DNA from: Candidatus Latescibacterota bacterium
GTDB lineage: Bacteria > Krumholzibacteriota > Krumholzibacteriia > WVZY01
Reading direction: 5' to 3'
Length of the DNA stretch: 64,000 nucleotides
Assembly: GCA_963791045.1 (NCBI GenBank)
Contig: CAWBQK010000011.1
Coordinates: forward strand, 320,001 to 384,000
In this document: piece after piece, positions 9,704-19,939 of the stretch
How positions within the stretch are numbered: position 1 is the first letter of the stretch
Layout: each line of letters starts with the position of its first letter
The notes under the pieces: generated by a model
What the model saw: the letters and a program-made list of their open reading frames with translations, nothing else
What the model was told of the DNA's origin: nothing
Databases searched by the model: none
Program-made: the position numbers and the translations under genes

Positions 9704-11485
9704 TTGCGTATGAATTCTGACGATATCACCAAAAAGCAAGCCGATCATTTGAAGTACGCCGGGCCGTCGGTTCGGACCGACGACCGATATTTCCGTCTCC
9801 TTAGTTACGAGCTGCTCAAGCTCTCGACCAGGGGGCTGTTAAGGAGAGATTTTCTCCCCAAGGTCGCAGAGATGATCAGGAAACACTGTGGATGCGAGGT
9901 GACGGAAATTTGGGTCAAGGAGGGATCGGATAAACATTTTCGATGCACAGTGAGCGGTCTGAAAAAGATGCCCTTTGGTTTTATTCTCGTGCCCTGCCCG
10001 TTGGGCGACGAGACGGATGCGTCCTTAGATGATACAGGCGAGATGAGTATTGAAAGGGTATGCTGTGAGGTGATCAAAGGGCGCGCGGCGGGTTTGTTTC
10101 CCCAGGTTACTAAACGAGGCAGCTGCTGGGATAACGGTGCCGAGGACGTGGTGGGGTCAGACGATCCCGCCGGACAAACCTCGGTGGCGAGGGTCACGCG
10201 GCGCCAAGGTTACTACAAAAGCAGGGCGTTGATTCCCATCCAACTGGAAGGGGAATGCGTGGGGCTCTTGCAGCTAAAGAGTCAAAACGCGGGGTTTTTT
10301 GCGGCGGATGATATTGGGTTTTTCGAGGACATTTCGGCTGTGCTCGGGATTGCACTCTCACATCAGTATGCCCACATCGAACTAAGGGAGCGGATCAAGG
10401 AGCTTACCTGTCTATACGGAATCGCCCGTGTGATTGCACAACCGGAGAGTTCGCTCGACGAGATTATTCAAGGGATCGTTGATCTGCTTCCACCCGCGTG
10501 GTTATACCCGGAGATTGCCAGCGCCCGCATAGTTTTGAACGACCGTGAATACACGACGGACGGTTATCGAGAGACACCCTACCGTCTCGTGTCGGACATC
10601 ATCGTGAACCGGCAGAAGATCGGTTTCGCGGAAGTTGCCTATCGTGAAATAAAGCTCACGCTGGACGAGGGTCCTTTTCTGTCCGAGGAGAGGAAACTCC
10701 TGGACAGCGTGGCTCGTGAGATTGCCAATTTCTTCGAACTTACAAAGGGTGAAAAAGAAAAGACCCTACTTCAAGACCAGCTGAGACATGCGGACAGGCT
10801 GGCAACCATCGGACAGCTTGCCGCTGGCGTGGCCCATGAACTGAATGAACCCCTGGGCAACATCCTTGGTTTGGCTGAGCTGGCTAGGAAGTCGCCGGAC
10901 CTTCCCGCACAGCTCGAAAAAGATCTGGAGGACATTGAAGCCGCATCGCTTCATGGCAGAGAAATCATCAAAAAGCTTATGACATTCGCGCGTCAGCTTC
11001 CACCACAGAAAGTTCTCGTCAACCTGAACGATGTCGTGTCCAACGCCTTGTACTTTTTCGAGGCCCGCTGCGCAAAAGCGGCAATCGAAATCGAGTATAG
11101 ACTGTTCCCCGATTTGCCAAAGATCACGGTCGATCCGGGGCAGATACAGCAGGTTCTGGTGAACCTGGTTGTCAATGCCATTCAAGCAATGCCGGGAGGG
11201 GGCGTGCTTACGGTGGAGACACGAGCGGTTGACGGGGGAGCCCGTCTGAGCGTTGGAGATACCGGAGAGGGAATCAACGATGAGAACAAGAGCCAGGTGT
11301 TCTTGCCGTTCTTTTCGACGAAAGACGTGAACGAGGGCACCGGCTTGGGCCTTGCGGTGGTTCATGGTATCATTCACGCGCATGGTGGTGAGGTCACGTT
11401 CGAAACAACGATCGGAAAAGGCGCGAGATTTGATGTTTATCTGCCGCTGGCGGCACCCAACGGATCCGAACGGATGAGCGAATGA
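9704..11485 (+). CDS. Cytoplasmic sensor histidine kinase (GAF + GAF-like module + HisKA/HATPase, NtrB-like)
   Basis: H-box [13 protein letters not shown]-box [11 protein letters not shown]1 DTGEG, G2 GTGLGL; no TM helices; contains the [12 protein letters not shown]...GPFLSEE module. Confidence 0.92.
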   Translation: MRMNSDDITKKQADHLKYAGPSVRTDDRYFRLLSYELLKLSTRGLLRRDFLPKVAEMIRKHCGCEVTEIWVKEGSDKHFRCTVSGLKKMPFGFILVPCPLGDETDASLDDTGEMSIERVCCEVIKGRAAGLFPQVTKRGSCWDNGAEDVVGSDDPAGQTSVARVTRRQGYYKSRALIPIQLEGECVGLLQLKSQNAGFFAADDIGFFEDISAVLGIALSHQYAHIELRERIKELTCLYGIARVIAQPESSLDEIIQGIVDLLPPAWLYPEIASARIVLNDREYTTDGYRETPYRLVSDIIVNRQKIGFAEVAYREIKLTLDEGPFLSEERKLLDSVAREIANFFELTKGEKEKTLLQDQLRHADRLATIGQLAAGVAHELNEPLGNILGLAELARKSPDLPAQLEKDLEDIEAASLHGREIIKKLMTFARQLPPQKVLVNLNDVVSNALYFFEARCAKAAIEIEYRLFPDLPKITVDPGQIQQVLVNLVVNAIQAMPGGGVLTVETRAVDGGARLSVGDTGEGINDENKSQVFLPFFSTKDVNEGTGLGLAVVHGIIHAHGGEVTFETTIGKGARFDVYLPLAAPNGSERMSE

Positions 11486-12834
11486 AAAACGAGACAGAGC
11501 GAGAGCACATTCTGATAGTGGACGACTCTCCGAAAACATTGGAAATGCTCGAACGGCATCTCCGGTCCGAGGGATACGAGGTAGTAGCAGCTACGGGTGT
11601 TGCGGAGGCTATCACTCTACTCGACGATACGGCTGTGGATCTGGTGATCACGGATTTGAAGATGCCCGAAATCTCGGGAATGGACCTGGTTCGTTACGTC
11701 CGCGAGAACCTGAAGACAACCGAAGTGATGATGATCACAGGTTACGCCACCGTTGAGGGTGCCGTCGATGCGATCAAGGCGGGTGCTGAGGAGTATCTGA
11801 CGAAACCTTTTACTGCGGACGAGCTCTTTTCCGCCGTCCGGCGGGCTCTCGATAAACTCAAGCTTCGAATGGCCAGCCTGGATCAGACACCACAGGATAT
11901 CAGATCTCAATACGGCATTCTCGGTGAATCGGAACCCGTCAACAAGGTGTTGAAGGCTATTACCAAGGCGGCGTCGACTGCGGCTACGGTGTTGATCACC
12001 GGTCAGAGTGGCACCGGCAAAGAACTGGTGGCCAGAGCGATACATTACAGCAGCAAACGTGTGTCAGCGCCATTCGTGCCGGTCAACTGCGGAGGAATCC
12101 CGGAGAGCCTGTTGGAAAGCGAGTTGTTTGGTTACGTCAAAGGTGCCTTTACGGGGGCGCTGGAGTCCCGGGCGGGTTTCTTCCAAACCGCCGATGGCGG
12201 TACGATTTTTCTGGATGAAGTCAGCGAGACGAGTCTCGCCATGCAGGTCAAACTCCTCAGGGTTCTTCAGGAAAGGGAAGTTTGCATGGTCGGCTCCGCG
12301 CAGTCGAGAAAAGTCAACGTGCGGGTTCTCGCAGCCACGAACAAGGATCTCTTGAGCCTGGTCAAAAAAGGCACCTTTCGCGAGGATCTTTTTTATCGGT
12401 TGAACGTGATCGAAATAGCGATTCCGCCGCTGCAGGCGAGGGGAGACGACATCATTCTTCTCACCAATCATTTTACGCGCAAGTACTCCAAGGAGGCGGA
12501 GAAGACGGAGCCTCGCTTCTCGGACAAGGCGCTGGAAATATTAAGAAACTATGCCTGGCCGGGAAACGTCCGAGAACTCGAAAACATGGTGCACAGCGTT
12601 GTCGTGATGGCGGATTCCGAGTTCATCGATGTGCCCGATCTCCCCGCACTGATGCATCATTCGGACGTGCCGGAAAAAGGGGTGCACAGGACACTGGTCG
12701 AGGTGGAGTCTGAACACATCCGCAATGTGCTGGCGTCAGTGAGTGGCAACAAGGGCCGTGCGGCCTCCATTCTTGGCATCGACCGGAAAACCTTACGGCG
12801 GAAAATAAAAGACCTCGAAGAAGACGCTGTGTAA
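11482..12834 (+). CDS. sigma54-dependent response regulator (NtrC family)
   Basis: REC (IVDD, DLKMP, KP), AAA+ GQSGTGKE, ESELFG, GAFTGA, FLDE, WPGNVREL, Fis HTH LGIDRKTL. Confidence 0.95.
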   Translation: MKNETEREHILIVDDSPKTLEMLERHLRSEGYEVVAATGVAEAITLLDDTAVDLVITDLKMPEISGMDLVRYVRENLKTTEVMMITGYATVEGAVDAIKAGAEEYLTKPFTADELFSAVRRALDKLKLRMASLDQTPQDIRSQYGILGESEPVNKVLKAITKAASTAATVLITGQSGTGKELVARAIHYSSKRVSAPFVPVNCGGIPESLLESELFGYVKGAFTGALESRAGFFQTADGGTIFLDEVSETSLAMQVKLLRVLQEREVCMVGSAQSRKVNVRVLAATNKDLLSLVKKGTFREDLFYRLNVIEIAIPPLQARGDDIILLTNHFTRKYSKEAEKTEPRFSDKALEILRNYAWPGNVRELENMVHSVVVMADSEFIDVPDLPALMHHSDVPEKGVHRTLVEVESEHIRNVLASVSGNKGRAASILGIDRKTLRRKIKDLEEDAV

Positions 12835-12875
12835 TTCTTCGCCCTCTTTCCCCTACGCAATCCGCGGGTCGTGGC

Positions 12876-12928
12876 CACATGGGACATTTAGTCCCATGTG
12901 GGACAGAATACCCCGGACATACTGTCCC
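12876..12928. promoter_or_regulatory. Candidate enhancer (UAS): three tandem GGGAC-N5-GTCCC-type palindromes
   Basis: Perfect CACATGGGAC-ATTTA-GTCCCATGTG (12876-12900), then GGGACagaatACCCC and GGACatactGTCC; 140-190 nt upstream of a sigma54 site. Confidence 0.65.
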
Positions 12929-13068
12929 TTCCTCTTTACGCCCAATCGTCGATTAAAGAGAATCTCTCGTCAATTGATCCTCGCAAGAAGCGGATAAATC
13001 ACAAGTTGCTTCTTGCGATCGTTCGGATTTGACTTGGTGCCGTGACCGTTTCGACGCGGGATTTTTGC

Positions 13069-13084
13069 TGGCACGTCACTTGAT
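13069..13084 (+). promoter_or_regulatory. sigma54 (-24/-12) promoter of the redox/glutamate operon
   Basis: TGGCACGTCACTTGAT: perfect -24 element, GG-N10-GA variant at -12; directly downstream of the sigma54 activator gene. Confidence 0.65.
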
Positions 13085-13218
13085 ATACAAAGCGGTTGCC
13101 GGGGTGTGCACACAGTGAACGACATCAAAGAATCAGGTTCTTCTGATGGTCCAACCAGGCAACAACTGATCAGTACGAGGAAGCAAAACAAACCTTTTCG
13201 CTGAGGAAAAAGAACGAG

Positions 13219-13416
13219 ATGGTTCGCGATCCCTCTGGAATGCGGAAGGACGATGAGGGGCAACCCGAAAGCAACCGTACGCATCATGAAGAACACGCGA
13301 AAGACCGAAAGGTTTACAAGGGTTTGTGTGCGAGCTGCGCACACCGTGAAACCTGTCTTTTGCCCGAGGCCGAGGGTGGGGTGTGGCACTGTGAACAATA
13401 TGTTGAAGAGTGTTGA
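13219..13416 (+). CDS. Small Cys-rich protein (CxxC-x5-C...HC), possible metal/FeS-binding
   Basis: GLCASCAHRETC...GGVWHCEQY; first ORF after the sigma54 promoter; start uncertain. Confidence 0.55.
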   Translation: MVRDPSGMRKDDEGQPESNRTHHEEHAKDRKVYKGLCASCAHRETCLLPEAEGGVWHCEQYVEEC

Positions 13417-13464
13417 TGTCGTGAAACGCGATGGAGTTTTGGTACAGACGAGAAATGGGACGAC

Positions 13465-14316
13465 ATGAAACCAAATGACTCAGCCGCCGCCGTTGATAAA
13501 GCTGTAGGAGAAGAAGAGGGTCTCATAGCCCGAATGGAACGTATCCAGGCAACGTATGGCTATCTCCCGCAAGAGAAGCTGGAAAAACTCGCCGAAGAAA
13601 CAGGCCGCTCCCTCGTGGATATCTATGGAGTAGCCACTTTTTATAAGGCATTCAGTTTGAAACCGAGGGGAAAACATCTCGTTTCCGTTTGTCTGGGTAC
13701 GGCCTGTCACGTTCAAGGCGGTCCAAGGATCGCGGAGGCTTTCCAAAAAGAACTGGGAATTCAATCGGGGGAGACCACAACCGACCGCGAGTTCTCTCTG
13801 GAGACCGTCAACTGTCTGGGTGCGTGTGCTCTGGGCCCCGTCGTCGTGGTGGATGGCCATTACTTTTCCAAAGTTCGAACGACCGAGGTCAAGGGGATCA
13901 TTGAACAAACCCGTAAGGGGCTGGATCTCGTGGAAATCGAAACGGATGAACGTGTTTTCCCGGTTGAGGTGAGCTGCTCGCGCTGCAATCACAGCCTCAT
14001 GGATCCACGGCATGTCATCGACAGTCACCCGTCCATTCGCGTAACTGTTTCTTTTGGTGACAAGCACGGTTGGTTGGCTCTTTCGGGCCTGTATGGAAGC
14101 TACCGAGTGGCGTCAGAGTATGAGATACCGATCGACGAGGTCGTGCATATGTTCTGTCCCCACTGTCATGCGGAGTTCATTGGCAGCAGCCGCTGCAGCG
14201 ACTGCGCGGCACCGATGGTTCCCATGATTGTACGTGGCGGAGGGGTCGTCCAGATCTGTGCCCGCCGCGGCTGCCGGGGTCACATGCTGGATCCGGGTGG
14301 CGTGCCTCTGGAATAG
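13465..14316 (+). CDS. NuoE/HydC-like [2Fe-2S] subunit with C-terminal Cys-rich extension
   Basis: VATFY, CLGTAC, CLGAC; extension with CSRC, CPHC, CSDC, CARRGC..H. Confidence 0.88.
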   Translation: MKPNDSAAAVDKAVGEEEGLIARMERIQATYGYLPQEKLEKLAEETGRSLVDIYGVATFYKAFSLKPRGKHLVSVCLGTACHVQGGPRIAEAFQKELGIQSGETTTDREFSLETVNCLGACALGPVVVVDGHYFSKVRTTEVKGIIEQTRKGLDLVEIETDERVFPVEVSCSRCNHSLMDPRHVIDSHPSIRVTVSFGDKHGWLALSGLYGSYRVASEYEIPIDEVVHMFCPHCHAEFIGSSRCSDCAAPMVPMIVRGGGVVQICARRGCRGHMLDPGGVPLE

Positions 14317-14357
14317 ACATTTTGTTCGTTTGAACACTCATAGAGAGAGGTGTAGCG

Positions 14358-17300
14358 GTGAACAGGGTATCAAGCGTCTTGGAGTTTTCCGGGCTTCGTG
14401 AGCGCATTCAAGATGACAAAAAGATCCAGTATGAAAAACCTACCCTGGTTGTGTGCGCCGGTACGGGAGGGCAGGCCAGCGGGTCGAACGACGTCTTGCG
14501 GATAATCAAGCGATACATCCTCGACCGGAGTCTCCAGACAAAGATCGGGCTGAGGGTAACGGGGTGTCAGGGTTTTTGTGAAATGGACCCGTTTATCGTC
14601 GTGGAGCCCGGACGGCATCTATATCCGAAGCTCAAAATGGAGGATGTCCCGCACGTGATCGACGCCGCGGTTGGTGGATTTGTTGATGAAAGTCTGATCT
14701 ACAGAGACCCGCATGAGAAAAAGCAGTACCACAACCAGGACGACATTCCCTTCTTCAAAAAGCAAAAACGTTTGATTCTGGGGGACAACCAGAAGCTCGA
14801 TCCCATCCGGATCTTCAACTACATCGAATTGGGTGGGTATGCGGCGACGGAAAAAGTGTTATCGAACCTCGATCCGGAATGGATCGTCGAAGAAGTAAAA
14901 AAATCAGGATTGCGGGGGCGTGGTGGAGCCGGTTTTCCGACGGGGAAGAAATGGGAGCTTGCCCGGGCTTCCGGAAGACCGGATGAACAAAAATACATCG
15001 TCTGTAATGCCGACGAAGGAGACCCCGGAGCCTACATGGACCGCAGCCTATTGGAAGGCAATCCCCACGCAATCATCGAAGGGCTGCTGATCGGTGGGAT
15101 CGCGATCGGTGCCACCAGGGGTTGATTTATGTTCGCAGCGAGTATCCGATCGCCATCAAACACAGCATCATAGCGCTTCGGCAGGCTCGTGACATGGGGA
15201 TTCTGGGAACAAACATTCTTGGGACTGGGGTTGATTTCGACATCAAGATAGTTCGCGGTGCGGGTGCATTCGTATGTGGGGAGGAGACGGCACTCATAAA
15301 ATCCGTCGAGGGATTTATCGGTGAACCGCGGCAGCGGCCGCCTTATCCGATCGAAAAAGGGATCGGGGGACATCCCACATGTATCAACAACGTCGAAACT
15401 CTCGCCAATATTCCCGTCATCATCGATCCGGAGTGGCGGGGATGCCTACGCGAGGATTGGCGTCCCTGGAAACACGGGCACAAAGATCTTCTCTCTTGTC
15501 GGTAAAATCCAGAACACGGGTCTGGTGGAGGTCCCGCTGGGAATCAAGATATCGGAAGTCGTTTATGACATTGGCGGCGGAGCCTCTGGAAAAGCCAAAA
15601 TCAAGGCCGTTCAAACCGGCGGACCGTCGGGAGGATGCATTCCCGCCCGAATGTTCGATCTACCCATCGACTATGACAGCCTGGTGAAGGCGGGTTCCAT
15701 CATGGGATCGGGCGGCATGATCGTCATGGACGAAGAAACATGCATGGTGGACGTCGCCAAATATTTCATGGGTTTTCTCAAGGATGAATCCTGCGGCAAG
15801 TGCTTCACGTGCCGTAAAGGCACACAGCGTATGTACGAGATCCTCGACGACATTTCAAAGGGCAAGGCGACCCTTGAGGATCTGGATTTACTCGAAGAGC
15901 CTGGCCTATGTCGTCAAGGATACGACGATGTGCGGTCTCGGCCAGTCCGCATCGAATCCCGTGATCAGCACGCTGCGCTATTTCCGGGAAGAGTACGAAA
16001 GGCACATCGTCGAAAAGCGTTGTGATGCCTACGTGTGCAAGGATCTGGTCGGTGCTCCGTGTCAGTCCGCGTGTCCGTTGGGAACCGAGGCGTGGCGATA
16101 CGTCGCCCATATCGGACACGGTGAATACGAGGAAGCCTATCGAGTGATCCGTGAGGCCAACCCCTTCCCGTCGGTCTGTGCTCGAGTCTGCGATCACCCG
16201 TGCGAGACGAAGTGCCGTGCCGGCGCCACGGGCGGCAGCTCGGTGGCCATACGGGCTTTGAAGCGTTTTGTCGCCGATCGTGTCGATCCTTCGGTTTTCA
16301 ACCCGGTGGCGGAGGATTGGTCGGAAGGGACTCCACCGAGGGTCGCCATTATTGGCGCAGGGCCCGCCGGGCTGAGTGCGGCGCACTATTTGTCCCTCAA
16401 AGGTTGCAAGGTCACGGTATTCGAAGCGGAAAAGGAACCCGGCGGCATGCTGACCTGTGCAATCCCTTCATATCGTCTGCCGCGTGAAGTGATCGAAAAA
16501 GAAATCGATGCGCTGCTCGATGGAAATATCACGCTCAAGTGCGATGTTGCTCTGGGCCGAGACATCGATATCGATGGGTTGTTCGAGGAGGGTTACCAGG
16601 CGGTTCTTCTCGCGATCGGCGCTCACAAAAGCAAGCCGCTCCAGCTCGAAAATGAAGATGTCGAGGGTGTCTATCCCTCGATCGAATTCCTGAAGGCTTT
16701 CAATCTTCAGAAGCAACAACTGGCAAAGGGCAATGTTGGTGTGATCGGCGGCGGTAACTCGGCCATCGATGCCGCCCGTATGGCGCTCCGTCTCAAGGAC
16801 GTCGATAAGGTCACAATCCTTTACCGGCGAACCCGAGAGTGAGATGCCGGCGTTCGCCGAGGAGATCGAAGCGGCGGACCAGGAAGGGATCCACATCGAT
16901 ACCCTTGTCTCGCCCGTCGGGATAGTTAGCTGAAAGCGGACGCCTGACAGGACTCGAATGCATCCGTAACGAGCTTGGTGATGCGGATGCCAGCGGCCGG
17001 CGCAGGCCGGTTCCGATTGCCGGCACTGAACACGAAATCGAACTCGATACGTTGATCGTTGCTATCGGGGAAGATACCGGCATCGACGCCATCACACCGG
17101 CGAAATCGAGCCAGCTCGAAATCACCTCGTGGAACACGGTTCGGGTCAACCCCACAACAATGCAAACCAATCGCCCCGGTGTTTTTGCCGCGGGGGATGT
17201 CGTCCGCGGACCCAACACGGTGGTCGAAGCAATCAGCGACGGCAAGAGAGCGGCTGTCATGATCGAGCGGTTTCTCAAAAAAGAACCTTTGCTCCAGCCG

Positions 17301-17549
17301 TTCCAACCAAACATTCCCCGGGTCTACGTCGAACCGGTTCTCGACGAAGCGGCGTTAGCCGTTGACCGGTCGGAGACGCCCCGCGCGGCGGCGGATTGGC
17401 GCAAACGCAACTTCGCAGAGGTGGAGGTGTCAATGTCTCAAACGGAAGCCGCGCGGGAGGCCCGGCGATGTTTGCGGTGCGATCTCGAGTTCACCGGCCA
17501 AAAGAAAGAAAAAGATAAAGAATCCAAAACGGGGAGGCAGAGCGCGTGA
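14358..17549 (+). CDS. NuoF/HydB-like FMN/NAD-binding subunit fused to a GltD-like FAD/NAD(P)H oxidoreductase (about 5 apparent indels)
   Basis: [53 protein letters not shown]; then [45 protein letters not shown]. Frames switch near 15121, 15428, 15900, 16840 and 16930. Confidence 0.82.
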
Positions 17550-18254
17550 TTACCGTCAGGATAAATGGATTGGATGTGTCGGTAGAGAAGGGAACGACGC
17601 TTCTGGAAGCCGCTCAGTTTTTGGGATTTCCGATTCCCACGCTGTGTCACATGGAGGGACTGTCGCCTTACGGAGCCTGTCGACTCTGTGTAGTTGAGAT
17701 CGGAGAGGGAGACAGAGCAAAACTCGTGACATCCTGCACCCATCCGGTTCAAGAGGGGCTGGTTGTCAGGACCGCATCATCGCGCGTGGTGAAGGCCCGC
17801 AAGATGATCATCGAGCTGCTGCTGGCATCGTGTCCGCAATCCAAGGTGATACAGGATCTGGCGGCAAAACACGATGTCCGACACGCAGCGGTTCAAACAA
17901 GAATACGAAGACTGCATTCTCTGCGGTTTGTGCGTGCGGATGTGTGAAGAACAAATGGTTGCAAAGGCAATCGGTTTTCAAGGCAGGGGGGATAATCGCA
18001 CCATCGGTACCCCTTTCAATATCAAGACGGAGGTTTGCCGCCAGTGCGGCGGCTGCATATACGTCTGTCCCGCTTGCTCGCTTCGTTGTACGTACAACGA
18101 ACCGGAAAAAGCGGTTTGCGGGGGGTGTGCGAATCTCGGCCCTCCGTGCCTGGAAAAGGATCAGTTCGACGACATGATGTGCTACATGGATCCCTGTGTG
18201 GCCTGCGAGATAGTAAAAGACGACAATAAGTTGTCCGAGAAAAAGAAAAGCTAG
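17546..18254 (+). CDS. NuoG/HydA N-terminal-like FeS subunit ([2Fe-2S] + 2x[4Fe-4S]); one indel near 17885
   Basis: IPTLC, GACRLCVV, TSC; CILCGLCVRMC, CRQCGGC.YVCP; extra C-terminal Cys; no H-cluster or Mo/W domain. Confidence 0.82.
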
Positions 18255-18273
18255 CGAAAAGGAGCAGAACAAA

Positions 18274-19864
18274 ATGTCTCAAACACTGTCTAGAGTCAAC
18301 TCTTCCGCGGCGACTCTGACCAAGAACAGGACAGAAGGATTCCGTCACACCAGGCTCCGGCATGTGCGTCACCTGTGTGGATGGTTGTATCGGCATGTGC
18401 GAGATCGGCAAGTCCGCTTACCGGGGGCATGAGGTCATCTACCCGCAGCCGTTTGGCGTGATTACGACCGCATCGGAAAAAGTGTATCCGGTCGACTATT
18501 CTCATTTCAACATCATGGGTACCGCCGTGGGAGCTCATGGTATCGAGGCGGATTCGGATAAAGCTATCTTTCCGGCTGTAAACCTCGAAGTGCATTTTGG
18601 TCACGACAAAGGAATCAAGTTCCGGCTCCCGTGGATTATTCCCGGCATTGGTTCCACTAACATCGCCAAAAACAACTGGGAAGGGCTGGCCATCGGGTCG
18701 GCATTGGCCGGCACCGGTCTGACCATCGGCGAAAATGTTGTTGGGATGGATCCCGAGGCGATTATTCGAGATGGGCAGATCGTTGACACGGTGGATCTGA
18801 AAAGACGTGTGAAGCTTTATCAGGATCATCAGCGCGACGGCTACGGCGCGATTATCGTCCAGGCCAACGTGGAAGACACGAGGCTGGGTGTCCAGGAGTA
18901 TGCCGTAAAGGAGCTGGGTGTCGAAGTCGTTGAGTTGAAGTGGGGGCAAGGGGCCAAAAACATTGGCGGCGAGGTCAAGATCACGGATTTGAAGAAAGCC
19001 CAGCTGCTCTACGAACGCGGATACGTTGTGCTTCCCAATCCTACCGACCCTCATGTCATCGAGGCATTCGAACGAGGTTCGTTCAAAGAGTTCGAAAGGC
19101 ATTCGCGAGTCGGTATGGTGACCGAGGAGTCCTTTGCCCAACGAGTAGAAGAACTACGGAAGGCCGGCGCCAAGTACGTGTTCTTGAAGACGGGTGCTTA
19201 CCGGCCCGCCGATCTGGCACGGGCCGTAAAATTTTCTTCCAAATACAACATCGATCTTCTCACGGTAGACGCGGCCGGCGGCGGCACGGGAATGAGTCCG
19301 TGGCGAATGATGAATGAATGGGGAATGCCGCCTGTCGAACTCCATTCTCTCCTCTACGCCTACACGAAGAGACTGGCCGACAGGGGAGAGCATGTGCCGG
19401 GACTTACGGTGGCCGGTGGGTTCACGTTCGAAGACCAGATCTTCAAAGGCCTGGCGTTGGGCGCACCGTTCGTAAAACTCGTAGGCATGGCGCGTTCTCC
19501 GATCGCCGCGGCAATGGTGGGCAAAACGATTGGGCGGACCATTGAGGATAACGAAATCCCGGTGTATGTGGAGCGTTTTGGCAGCACCAGGGACGAGATC
19601 TTTGTCACCGCGCCCGAACTGCGCAAAGAGTTGGGTAACGAAATGTTTGAAAAGATTCCGACGGGAGCGATCGGCCTTTACACCTATTACGAACGCCTTG
19701 CTCAGGGGCTGCGCCAGTTGATGTGCGGATCGCGTAAATTCGATCTGAGCCATATCACGCGTGACGATCTCGCCGCATTGACGCGGGAAGCCGCCGATAT
19801 CAGCGGAATCAAATTCTTGACGGACGTGGACCGCGAAGAGGTGAACGAGATACTCGACACATAG
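18274..19864 (+). CDS. FMN-binding glutamate synthase family protein (stand-alone GltB FMN domain); one indel near 18337
   Basis: GGAG RBS and ATG 18274 give MSQTLSRVNSSAATLTKNRT, which joins SVTPGSGMCVTCVDGCIGMC after a frame change; GENV, ELKWGQGAK.IGGE, DAAGGGTG, AGG, KGLALGA. Confidence 0.85.
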
Positions 19865-19939
19865 GATGGCCGGGGAGTTTGTGACGGGCATATGGTGCGG
19901 GGACCTCGGCTATCCACCATCCGGGAACAGGTGGGTATT

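Noticed and set aside
15123-16933. TGA codons in the NuoF-GltD gene (about 15123, 16840, 16931) as selenocysteine
   Set aside because: Homology resumes in a different frame after each, and none aligns to a Cys position, so they are indels
13465-18254. Respiratory complex I nuoEFG or [FeFe]-hydrogenase
   Set aside because: No membrane nuo genes, no H-cluster motifs and no molybdopterin domain are present
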